From Berkelbacteria bacterium GW2011_GWE1_39_12 (GTDB taxonomy: Bacteria > Patescibacteriota > UBA1384 > UBA12157), in the NCBI GenBank assembly GCA_001029735.1, contig CP011213.1, positions 396,613-460,612 of the forward strand: a stretch of 64,000 nucleotides of DNA. Reading direction: 5' to 3'. Made by a program: the position numbers and the translations under genes. A model generated the notes under the pieces. The model did no database searches. It saw only the letters and a list, made by a program, of their open reading frames with translations, and had not been told where the DNA came from. Of this stretch, positions 9,111 to 16,809 are shown piece after piece (position 1 is the first letter of the stretch; each line of letters starts with the position of its first letter).

Positions 9111-10217
9111 ATGATAGTTTCATGTACACAAGAGAATTTAGCTAAAGGATTAGGTTTAGTTGGACGATCAGTCGGAACGAGAACGACTTTACCGGTTTTA
9201 AATAATATTTTAATCAAAACAGAAAAAGGCCGGCTTAAACTTTCAGCCACAGACTTGGAAATTGGGATTCATACGTGGGTTGGCGCCAAGGTTGATGAAG
9301 AAGGAGCTCTGACAATTCCGGCCAAACTTCTATTGGATTATATTAATACCAATAATGATAAGACAATCGATTTTTCTGCCAAAGATTTAACTTTGCATTT
9401 AAAGTCGGAGCATTATAAGGCAAACATTAAAGGTATAGATGCGGCTGAATTCCCTCTTATTCCTGAAGTTAAGAAAGCGGAAAGCTTGGAAATTCCGGTA
9501 GCCAGCTTTTTAAACGCCATCACAAAAACTCTAATTTCGACGGCTTTAGATGAAAGTCGCCCGGTACTTGCCGGAGTCTTCTTTAAGGCCAAAGGTAACA
9601 CACTGAAAATGGTTGCGACTGATTCTTATCGCCTTTCAGAGCAAACAGTTATTTTAAATAAGAAGATTGATAATGAAGTTGTATTTATTGTGCCACAAAA
9701 AACTTTGGCTGAAGTTGGTAGAATTCTATCCAATGCCGGTGAAGTAGTTATAGTTTCTGCCGGGGAAAACCAGGTTGAGTTTAAATTAGGCGAAACAATT
9801 CTAGTTTCACGTTTAATCGAAGGTACTTTCCCTGATTATGAACAAATTATTCCAAAAACAGTGAAGACAACTGTAGTTGTGAAAGCCTCATTATTTTCTA
9901 ATGCGATTAAAATGGCGTCATTATTTGCCAGAGAATCTGCCAACAACATCAAGTTAAAAATTGAAGCACCAGACAAAGTTTCCGTTTTAGCTGTCTCCCC
10001 TCATTTGGGTGATAATACTTCAGAAATAACCGGTCAAGTTAGTGGCGAAGGAATTGAAATAGCATTCAATGCTAAATTTTTAAGCGATGTTTTAGCGGTG
10101 ATAAATTCGGAAAACGTTAAGTTGGAACTATCGTCAAACTTAGCAGCTGGATTGATTAAGGCTGAAAAAGACAATAACTTTCTCTATGTGATCATGCCGT
10201 TAAGAGTTGATGAATAA
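9111..10217 (+). CDS. dnaN: DNA polymerase III beta clamp
   Basis: ATDLEI, ATDSYRL, SRLIEG.FPDY, IAFNAKFL, VIMPLR. Confidence 0.98.
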   Translation: MIVSCTQENLAKGLGLVGRSVGTRTTLPVLNNILIKTEKGRLKLSATDLEIGIHTWVGAKVDEEGALTIPAKLLLDYINTNNDKTIDFSAKDLTLHLKSEHYKANIKGIDAAEFPLIPEVKKAESLEIPVASFLNAITKTLISTALDESRPVLAGVFFKAKGNTLKMVATDSYRLSEQTVILNKKIDNEVVFIVPQKTLAEVGRILSNAGEVVIVSAGENQVEFKLGETILVSRLIEGTFPDYEQIIPKTVKTTVVVKASLFSNAIKMASLFARESANNIKLKIEAPDKVSVLAVSPHLGDNTSEITGQVSGEGIEIAFNAKFLSDVLAVINSENVKLELSSNLAAGLIKAEKDNNFLYVIMPLRVDE

Positions 10218-10240
10218 GAAAAATACTAAAATAATTACTA

Positions 10241-10320
10241 GTCATTGCGAGTGCAACGAAGCAATCTTGGAAACAATAGATTACCGCGCCTTTCAGACAC
10301 TTATCCACGGACGCAATGAC
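10241..10320. repeat. REP-like palindromic doublet, family A
   Basis: GTCATTGCGAG..GCAATC spacer GATT..CGCAATGAC. Confidence 0.85.
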
Positions 10321-10349
10321 ATTAGTAATATTTTTCGACTAATATTTTT

Positions 10350-11420
10350 ATGAAAATTACCTCTCTTAAACTCGAAAACTTTCGTTCTTGGCCAGAATAT
10401 CATTTAGATCTTACTGATATTACTATTTTAATTGGTAAAAATGGCGTTGGTAAAACTAATGTCTTGGAGAGTCTATGGTTTTTAAGTAGTTCACGTTCTT
10501 GGCGGACTCGAGAAGAAATAGAATTGGTGAATTGGGGTAAAGAATATACCAGAATATCAGCCAAGATTGAGGTCGAAAATACACCTCATGATTTGGAACT
10601 ATTTTTTTCTAAAGGTTCACCTAATGTAAAGCCGGGCAAGCAACTAAAAATAGACGGTGTTAAAAAACGCCTGATTGAAATTGTCGGCGGCTTGCCTTCA
10701 GTCTTGTTTAGCCCAGAGACAATCGATTTGGTTTCCGGCGCGCCTGGCGCGAGAAGAAAATTCTTAGATATTCTCCTTTCGCAAACCGACAGACACTACG
10801 TCTTGGACTTAATAGAGTACGGCAAGGTTACCAAAGAGAGAAATAAGTTATTATTGCGGTTGAAAATGAAACGGGCGAAGCCCGATGAATTGGATTTTTG
10901 GGACAAAAAATTAGTTGAACTAGGCACCAGAATAATTAAACAAAGGTTAGAAGCAATTAAGTTTTTTAATAAGTATTTGAGTGAAACTTATCATAAGATT
11001 GCTAATAGCGACGAAGAATTAAAAATAAAATATCACCCGTCGGTTGACGAGGATCGCTTTATGGATATATTGGTCGCCGGTCGTGAAAGAGATATAGAAC
11101 AGAGCGCCACCAATTACGGGCCGCATCGAGATGACTTTGGCGTTTATTTGGGCGGGCGTAATATCGCCTCTTTCGGTTCACGCGGTGAATATAGATCAGT
11201 GGTTTTATCTTTAAAGATTTTAGAGCTCAAGTTTTTAGAAGAAAAAAGGGGTGAAAAACCCATTTTATTATTAGATGATATTTTTTCCGAACTCGATTCT
11301 GAACGCCGGATGCATTTAGCAAAGATTGTTCAGGATCAACAGACGATTATAACGACAACAGATATCGATCATATCGAAAAATCTTTGCGGACTAAGGCCA
11401 AGATTGTGGATATAAAGTAA
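10350..11420 (+). CDS. recF: DNA replication/repair protein RecF
   Basis: GKNGVGKTN, P..RRKFLD, GPHRDD, GSRGE, LLLDDIFSELD. Confidence 0.97.
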   Translation: MKITSLKLENFRSWPEYHLDLTDITILIGKNGVGKTNVLESLWFLSSSRSWRTREEIELVNWGKEYTRISAKIEVENTPHDLELFFSKGSPNVKPGKQLKIDGVKKRLIEIVGGLPSVLFSPETIDLVSGAPGARRKFLDILLSQTDRHYVLDLIEYGKVTKERNKLLLRLKMKRAKPDELDFWDKKLVELGTRIIKQRLEAIKFFNKYLSETYHKIANSDEELKIKYHPSVDEDRFMDILVAGRERDIEQSATNYGPHRDDFGVYLGGRNIASFGSRGEYRSVVLSLKILELKFLEEKRGEKPILLLDDIFSELDSERRMHLAKIVQDQQTIITTTDIDHIEKSLRTKAKIVDIK

Positions 11421-11459
11421 ACAAAAAACCTGAAAGAATAAATCTCTCAGGTAATACGC

Positions 11460-11942
11460 TTAGCCGCTTTTTGCGGATTTATCGTCGAATATAAACATCT
11501 GACAACTTGGGTAATCAGATTTGTTTTCGATGGGAATTTCCGTGATGGAGCAGATTACTCTCTCTATTTCATCTTCGTTATCTATCTCCAGTTTGCCCAA
11601 GGTGATATCCTGAACCACTGGCCATCGATTGGTAAACAAAAGGCCGAGTTTGTCAGGGTTTTCTTCGGTGTGAGCGAGAAACTTGTGAACGCAGAAAACG
11701 TCGATAAGTTGCATAATTCGGTCGTCATCTTCGTAAGGACAAGTGCGGATATAGACCGTCTTAAGCAAACCGCTATCTCGCAGTTGTTTTAGATAAAAAG
11801 GATTTTTTCTCCAGCGACGAAAATGACGACTCTTGTGCGTGTCGCGATCGACCAGCTCTATTTGGAATGTCTTGTTTGTATCTGATTCATCAATACGTGG
11901 AGCAAAAAAGAAACACCCGATCTTTCTAAGCCAGCAAAACAT
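11460..11942 (-). CDS. Hypothetical protein
   Basis: ORF with GAGGGAGGGG RBS before MFCWLRK. Confidence 0.6.
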   Translation of the reverse strand: MFCWLRKIGCFFFAPRIDESDTNKTFQIELVDRDTHKSRHFRRWRKNPFYLKQLRDSGLLKTVYIRTCPYEDDDRIMQLIDVFCVHKFLAHTEENPDKLGLLFTNRWPVVQDITLGKLEIDNEDEIERVICSITEIPIENKSDYPSCQMFIFDDKSAKSG

Positions 11943-12134
11943 CTTCAAATCCCCCTCCCTCAAAATCTATCTAGGATTATATATTATTTTGGCTGCCTGG
12001 TCAATCATGGTTGACTTCAATTATATTTTTATTTATAATCTGCTCAATTGGTGGCAATAGCGTCACCGACTCGGAAGGCTAATGGTGGCCCCGAGATTTT
12101 GCTCTAATAGCGGAGCAGAAGGATGGTTTAACAA

Positions 12135-12707
12135 ATGGGAAAAGCGACAGAAATGGATATTGTGGTTCAGCTTTTTGATAGGGTAAACAGTCATTTGATT
12201 GTCCCTAAAATCATGGATTTACGACGAGCTCTTAAGTTCTGTGATAAGGAAATTTCTCAGACCACTCTTGAGAAAATGATCGACAGTCTGATCTCAGAAA
12301 ATGTAATTTCTGGAAGAGATTTTGGTTTAGAGTTGAGGTCATACAGTATTCATGCTCATGCTGAGAATTCTGATCTGTGTGAAGATAAATTCGGACAACT
12401 TGTTAAGGCTTATGCCAAATGGCTTCATAGCCATACACAAGAATCTCATTCCGAAGAAACGTCTATGAAGCTCCTGATGTTGGCTATCTGGATTTACGAT
12501 CAGATTTCAAATGATGATGCTGGCATGGTGAATGAAATTCTGCGTAATCTTGTACCTAAACTTCATAGGACTGCTGTTGATCAAGTCTATCTAGATCTGA
12601 CAAAAAAGAATCATCCCGCGGCAGTTCCAATCGCCGAGGGTCTGGTGAAACTTATAGGCGTCAATAATTTGTTGACATCTCATTATGAGAAGAACTGTCC
12701 GTGCTAG
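12135..12707 (+). CDS. Hypothetical protein
   Basis: 190-aa ORF followed by terminator hairpin at about 12713-12742. Confidence 0.7.
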   Translation: MGKATEMDIVVQLFDRVNSHLIVPKIMDLRRALKFCDKEISQTTLEKMIDSLISENVISGRDFGLELRSYSIHAHAENSDLCEDKFGQLVKAYAKWLHSHTQESHSEETSMKLLMLAIWIYDQISNDDAGMVNEILRNLVPKLHRTAVDQVYLDLTKKNHPAAVPIAEGLVKLIGVNNLLTSHYEKNCPC

Positions 12708-12741
12708 TGAATATCCCGCATCGAACTTTGTTGCGGGATTT

Positions 12742-13509
12742 TTAAATCTCTTCTTTCGATACCTTCCAAAGCTGTTCGAACCAGTTGCGCATGGATGTCG
12801 CGTATTCTTTGGAAGTGATAACAGTACCGAAGGACTCTTGGCTAGTGGTTATAATGGCGACATTGTCCTGATAGATCACAATATGAGCTGGACAGTCAAA
12901 ATCTTTGGGTGCAAATCTGTAAGTTCGGAAATCTTTTGGTTTAGGTTTGTTTATCTCGCCTTCTACTTCCCATTCCTTAACTCTAATTGAGCGAGATGGT
13001 ATTTTTTTATTTATGCGTTTTTCGATCCATTTTCTTAAATATTCTTCGCCGAAAACATCAGATATAGTGTTGGTATTGGCAACATACCAAATATTGTCTT
13101 TTTTTTCGTCAATTTCGAGCATTTCTTCGTAAATTAGCTTTATATCCTCACCTTTAAAGAAACGAACGTTGGGTTGGAAAGGCGAAATTTTATATTGCCG
13201 ATCGAGTTCTGGCAGATTCTTTTTTAATTCATCAATACTTTCATCGATATTCGCTTTTTCATTATTTAAAAGTGTAATTACTGTTCTAATGGGACGGGCT
13301 TGATAGCTTCGTCGAGTTTGATTGTCATTAATATTAATCAAGTTTTTCTCTCTTAAGCGTTCCAAAATATAAAAAACCGTCGTTCGCGGTAATTTAAGCT
13401 TACTGGCAACCGGCACGATGTGCGACTCGCCTATCTCTAAAAGGGCGAGATAGGCCTCGATTTCCTTATCTGAAAGGTTAAGTTGTTTTAGATAATTTCT
13501 GATGTCCAC
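12742..13509 (-). CDS. TrmB-family transcriptional regulator (copy 3)
   Basis: LSDKEIEAYLALLEIG..LPRTTVFYIL; PNVRFFKG; IYQDNVAII. Confidence 0.88.
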   Translation of the reverse strand: MDIRNYLKQLNLSDKEIEAYLALLEIGESHIVPVASKLKLPRTTVFYILERLREKNLININDNQTRRSYQARPIRTVITLLNNEKANIDESIDELKKNLPELDRQYKISPFQPNVRFFKGEDIKLIYEEMLEIDEKKDNIWYVANTNTISDVFGEEYLRKWIEKRINKKIPSRSIRVKEWEVEGEINKPKPKDFRTYRFAPKDFDCPAHIVIYQDNVAIITTSQESFGTVITSKEYATSMRNWFEQLWKVSKEEI

Positions 13510-13519
13510 AATACTCCTA

Positions 13520-13742
13520 AACGTCTAAATGATTCGTCGACACTTATACTATACCACTATCTTATTAACAAGTAAATAGATATATAACGTCTAAAAGACT
13601 TGACATTTGGGCTCGGTTGTGATACAATATCATGTAAAGAAAATTAGTTAAACCAGTTAATCAGGTTCACCAGACAGCCGGCACCTTAACAATTTGTTCA
13701 ACCTTCTGCCTACCTGTTTAACAGGTTGGTAGAAGAGTTGGA
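13520..13742 (+). promoter_or_regulatory. Promoter, paired operator and leader of TrmB locus 3
   Basis: Direct repeat AACGTCTAAA(T/A)GA(T/C)T at 13520 and 13586; TTGACA 13600, TACAAT 13623; GCACCTTAACAA 13681; bulged hairpin 13697-13742. Confidence 0.72.
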
Positions 13743-13776
13743 TATAAAAAACACCAGTTAAAGGAGAATAAATCAG

Positions 13777-14139
13777 ATGATTCAGATAATCAAGATTAAC
13801 AAGGATTATGGCATCGTATGTTTTCCAGGTGAGACTTTCGAGGATTTCTATGCAATCAATACCCGTTTGAGTGCCGAGGGTTTTGGTCAAGATAAACGAA
13901 CATCCTATTCGGATTTCGGCGCCATACGGAAATATTACAGTTTTAATCGATTTAGATTCCGACAGCTTCTCGAGACTAGTAACCTGAAATGGGCGTGCGC
14001 ATCGAGTTTAGATGCAATCTGGCACTGGCATGGCGATGGACCCTTATGTATAAATCGCTACAGCCACGAAATCGGTAACTTCGAGCACGGGGTTTATGAT
14101 AGCTTCGGTGATCATAATGGCTTTCTTGTCCGACTCTAG
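13777..14139 (+). CDS. Hypothetical protein, tandem paralog 1 of 3
   Basis: Shared Y..V.FP.E, RL.AEG(F/L), C-terminal (L/I)VR(L/F). Confidence 0.8.
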   Translation: MIQIIKINKDYGIVCFPGETFEDFYAINTRLSAEGFGQDKRTSYSDFGAIRKYYSFNRFRFRQLLETSNLKWACASSLDAIWHWHGDGPLCINRYSHEIGNFEHGVYDSFGDHNGFLVRL

Positions 14140-14702
14140 ATCTTTATGATCTTTCGCCCGCCGCTTTTATGGCGTCGGGCGCTTCCTTCTGGATATCTAT
14201 CTAGGTATTCAGAAGAGTTGAAAAAACATTTCACTTTCAGAAAAGGAGAAAAATTCAGATGATGAACGCTGTTGAAATGCAAATTGGTGAAAAGAAATAT
14301 GCGGTCGTTTGGTTCCCCGATGAGAAGATCGAGAACTTCTTGGCTGCCGATGTACGTCTTACCGCAGAAGGTTTCGATCCCGAACAGCGGGTCGGAGAAG
14401 ACGAAGTGGATGACGATATCCTTGAATCAGAGTCGTTTTGGGAACATAGCAGCGAGATTCCAGACGTTGTTTCAGCCAGCAAAACTGAAGAATTCTGTGG
14501 TTTTGAATTCGTGCACGGAGTAGCGCTTCATTGCTTCCCATATTTGGAATCATTTAGGACTTTCAGTCCGTCCGAAATTTACGATAAGGCGGAAATTTGT
14601 TACATTGTCCGGTTCTAGACCTTATGGTCTCTCGCCCGTTCCTTCGTGGCACGGGCGCTTCCTTCTGAATATCTATCTAGGTATTTAGAAGAGTTGAAAA
14701 AA
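14127..14702 (+). repeat. Two near-identical ~100-bp intergenic units (about 14127-14226 and 14606-14702), each a GC hairpin plus a bulged hairpin
   Basis: CGCCCG..CGGGCG then CTTCCTTCTG(G/A)ATATCTATCTAGGTATT(C/T)AGAAGAGTTGAAAAAA. Confidence 0.88.
14259..14618 (+). CDS. Hypothetical protein, tandem paralog 2 of 3
   Basis: YAVVWFPDE, VRLTAEGF, ends YIVRF. Confidence 0.8.
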   Translation: MMNAVEMQIGEKKYAVVWFPDEKIENFLAADVRLTAEGFDPEQRVGEDEVDDDILESESFWEHSSEIPDVVSASKTEEFCGFEFVHGVALHCFPYLESFRTFSPSEIYDKAEICYIVRF

Positions 14703-14726
14703 TACATCGTATAGGAGAGTGTTCAG

Positions 14727-15071
14727 ATGGAGATGATAAAGCTTAACGATCAGTACGCGGTAGTCTGGTTCCCTAGAGAGTCATTCTACACACTCAAGTG
14801 TGTTGTAGTACGCCTGACTGCTGAAGGCCTTGGGCTAGAACAACTTACAGCTGTACCAGATTTGAATATCCTTAGGTCGTATTCTGACGACATTTGGCAG
14901 AAGTACCAGAAAGGCGAAGCTCCGGCTTCAATTTTCGCCACTACTATGCAAGGTAAAAAACGCCCCTATTGCACACCCTTTGTAAATGTTCACCCACAAC
15001 GTCGCAGGGTAAATACAAACTGGCTGACGATGCGCTTCAATGATTGCTGCGGCTTTCTTGTCCGGCTTTAA
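14727..15071 (+). CDS. Hypothetical protein, tandem paralog 3 of 3
   Basis: YAVVWFPRE, VRLTAEGL, ends GFLVRL. Confidence 0.8.
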   Translation: MEMIKLNDQYAVVWFPRESFYTLKCVVVRLTAEGLGLEQLTAVPDLNILRSYSDDIWQKYQKGEAPASIFATTMQGKKRPYCTPFVNVHPQRRRVNTNWLTMRFNDCCGFLVRL

Positions 15072-15086
15072 GTCGGCACAAACTTT

Positions 15087-15115
15087 TCCCCAGGTTAAAA
15101 CCTGGGGATTTTTTT
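15087..15115 (+). terminator. Rho-independent terminator closing the paralog array
   Basis: TCCCCAGG-TTAAAA-CCTGGGGA followed by T7. Confidence 0.85.
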
Positions 15116-15230
15116 ATCTCATAAAGAGGCTTGACTAAAATCCCTTTAACTGGGATAATAGGCTGTCTTAAGTGAAAGAGATAAAGGGGGTGGGGACATA
15201 AAACAGTGCGACTTTCCTGGTTGCGTAAAG

Positions 15231-15986
15231 ATGATCGACGAACGAGCCAAGATGTGTGTGGATCATCAGTTGCTTTTACGCGACTACGATGAATTAGATC
15301 GGAACTTTATTCTTGAACATCTCAGGGGTTGTCACTACAGAACGTTAGCTACCTTTCTCGGGAAATCTCGGCAAACTTTTTGGGAGTATATTACAGTTGG
15401 TCGTCTCAAGACGATCGAGCCGGGATCTTTCATCGTTAGACCTGATTCGATGCTTTGGGCAATTGACTTGGTAAGAAACTGGGTTTGTGTCGACCGCAAG
15501 TTGATGGCGCTTACCGAGTACAAGAAGTATGAAGCCTTTTTGAAACTTGTTCGTGATGAAAAGTTTGGCGAGACTCGAGAATATCTCAACGGCTCGCTTG
15601 CTATTCATAAATCTCAGATTTCACTGATTGCTGAGAGGTGTCGGAAGATTCGTCTTGCCAATTCAAATAACAATGGTATGACAACGAAGAAGTATTTGCG
15701 CAAAGGCGAGATGAGTCCGCCGATGGCAGCGAAGAAGCTGCGCTGTTTGGAGAAAGAGATTCGTCACTGGATGAAAACAGGAGATCTTAAGTACTCCAGG
15801 CGCGGAGAAGGCAATATCAAGTGGCATATTATCAGGCAAAACGATTTCTGGTTGTTTGTGAAACTTGTTGCTGACGGAACAAAGAAAGACGCCTCGACAG
15901 AATTTATCGATCAGTGCAGGCGTGCTTACAAAGATTATCAAATCAGCATTCCTAACGTCATAAAGATGGTTATGAAAAAGAGCTAG
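15231..15986 (+). CDS. Hypothetical protein with two putative excisionase/MerR-like HTH segments
   Basis: LATFLGKSRQTFWEYITVGRL and AAKKLRC.EKEIRHWMKTGDL. Confidence 0.55.
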   Translation: MIDERAKMCVDHQLLLRDYDELDRNFILEHLRGCHYRTLATFLGKSRQTFWEYITVGRLKTIEPGSFIVRPDSMLWAIDLVRNWVCVDRKLMALTEYKKYEAFLKLVRDEKFGETREYLNGSLAIHKSQISLIAERCRKIRLANSNNNGMTTKKYLRKGEMSPPMAAKKLRCLEKEIRHWMKTGDLKYSRRGEGNIKWHIIRQNDFWLFVKLVADGTKKDASTEFIDQCRRAYKDYQISIPNVIKMVMKKS

Positions 15987-16034
15987 GCTCCGAATCAATA
16001 TGGTTCGGAGTTTTTTATTTATATAAGGTTTGTT

Positions 16035-16316
16035 ATGATGGCAGCGATGGATCATATCAATAAACATTTCGACCACATACCCAAATATTTCAGGCTCCAA
16101 AAACCGCTGCAAGCGGCCGATGTTTGTGGTAAGGCGCGTGAACTAGCCGATGGTCAATACGACGTAATCTCATTCAATGACGGGCTTCTGACGCTTAGCA
16201 CTACGTCATCAGCTGCCGCTTCTAATTTAAGAATGAAAACTTTTGAAATACAAAATGAAATCAACGAAAAATTAGGCAAAGAACTCGTTAAAAAAGTGAG
16301 AATTAAGATACAATAG
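16035..16316 (+). CDS. DUF721/DciA-family protein
   Basis: F.DG.L.L..SSAAASNL....I..IN..LG...V..VRI pattern; usual recF neighbour. Confidence 0.75.
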   Translation: MMAAMDHINKHFDHIPKYFRLQKPLQAADVCGKARELADGQYDVISFNDGLLTLSTTSSAAASNLRMKTFEIQNEINEKLGKELVKKVRIKIQ

Positions 16317-16806
16317 TCCTTAAAGTCGAAAGTTCATAAAGTCGAAAGTCGAAAGTCGAAAGTCGAAAGTCGAAAGTCTATCAAGTTTATAAGCGAAGCT
16401 TGCAAAGCCAAATGCTTTATAAAGTCTTGATTAAACCAGAAAGAATCTTAGAAATTTCAATAGATTTATTATAGATTAAATCAAACTCTTTTTTTATCTA
16501 TATACTTTAGTTCAAGCGCTAAATATAACATCGATCTTACTTCACCGCACGATCCTTTAGAAATATATAAAAACTTTTTAAACTCTTTATCTCCCATTCG
16601 TTCATAGCCTTCGGCAATATTATTCATAACAGAAACACTGGCCCTGTTAATTTGGTCTTTGAATGAATAGTCCTTAATACAGCTAAAATTTCTATAACTT
16701 AGTAATGTTAATTCTTTTGCTTTTTGCCAAGCAATTATATCTTCAAACTTTTCTATCTTCATTTGCTCTTTATGACTTTATAGACTTGATGGACTTTATA
16801 AACTTT
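16315..16806. mobile_element. Four-helix-bundle cassette flanked by inverted AAAGTC-type short tandem-repeat arms
   Basis: Left arm includes (AAAGTCG)x5 at 16338-16372; right arm has GACTTT units at 16768-16806. Confidence 0.65.
16417..16762 (-). pseudogene. Four helix bundle protein (23S rRNA IVP-like), +1 frameshift in A7 run (16489-16495)
   Basis: FEDIIAWQKA, DQINRASVSVMNNIAEG, ISKGSCGEVRSML; shifted frame continues EFDLIYNKSIEISKILSGLIKTL*; 346 nt = 115 codons + 1. Confidence 0.88.
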
Positions 16807-16809
16807 GTC

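Noticed and set aside
13696-14698. Integron attC sites (GTTCAAC...GTTGGAT fits RYYYAAC/GTTRRRY)
   Set aside because: Only one copy fits both boxes, the hairpins are shorter than typical attC, locus 4 copies have GGT instead of GTT, G.U substitutions favour RNA, and no IntI is in the window.
16338-16379. Isolated microsatellite (AAAGTCG)n
   Set aside because: It is one arm of an inverted pair that recurs elsewhere, so it is treated as part of that element.
13777-16762. Diversity-generating retroelement (paralogs plus Avd-like four-helix bundle)
   Set aside because: No reverse transcriptase and no TR/VR pair with adenine-specific differences.
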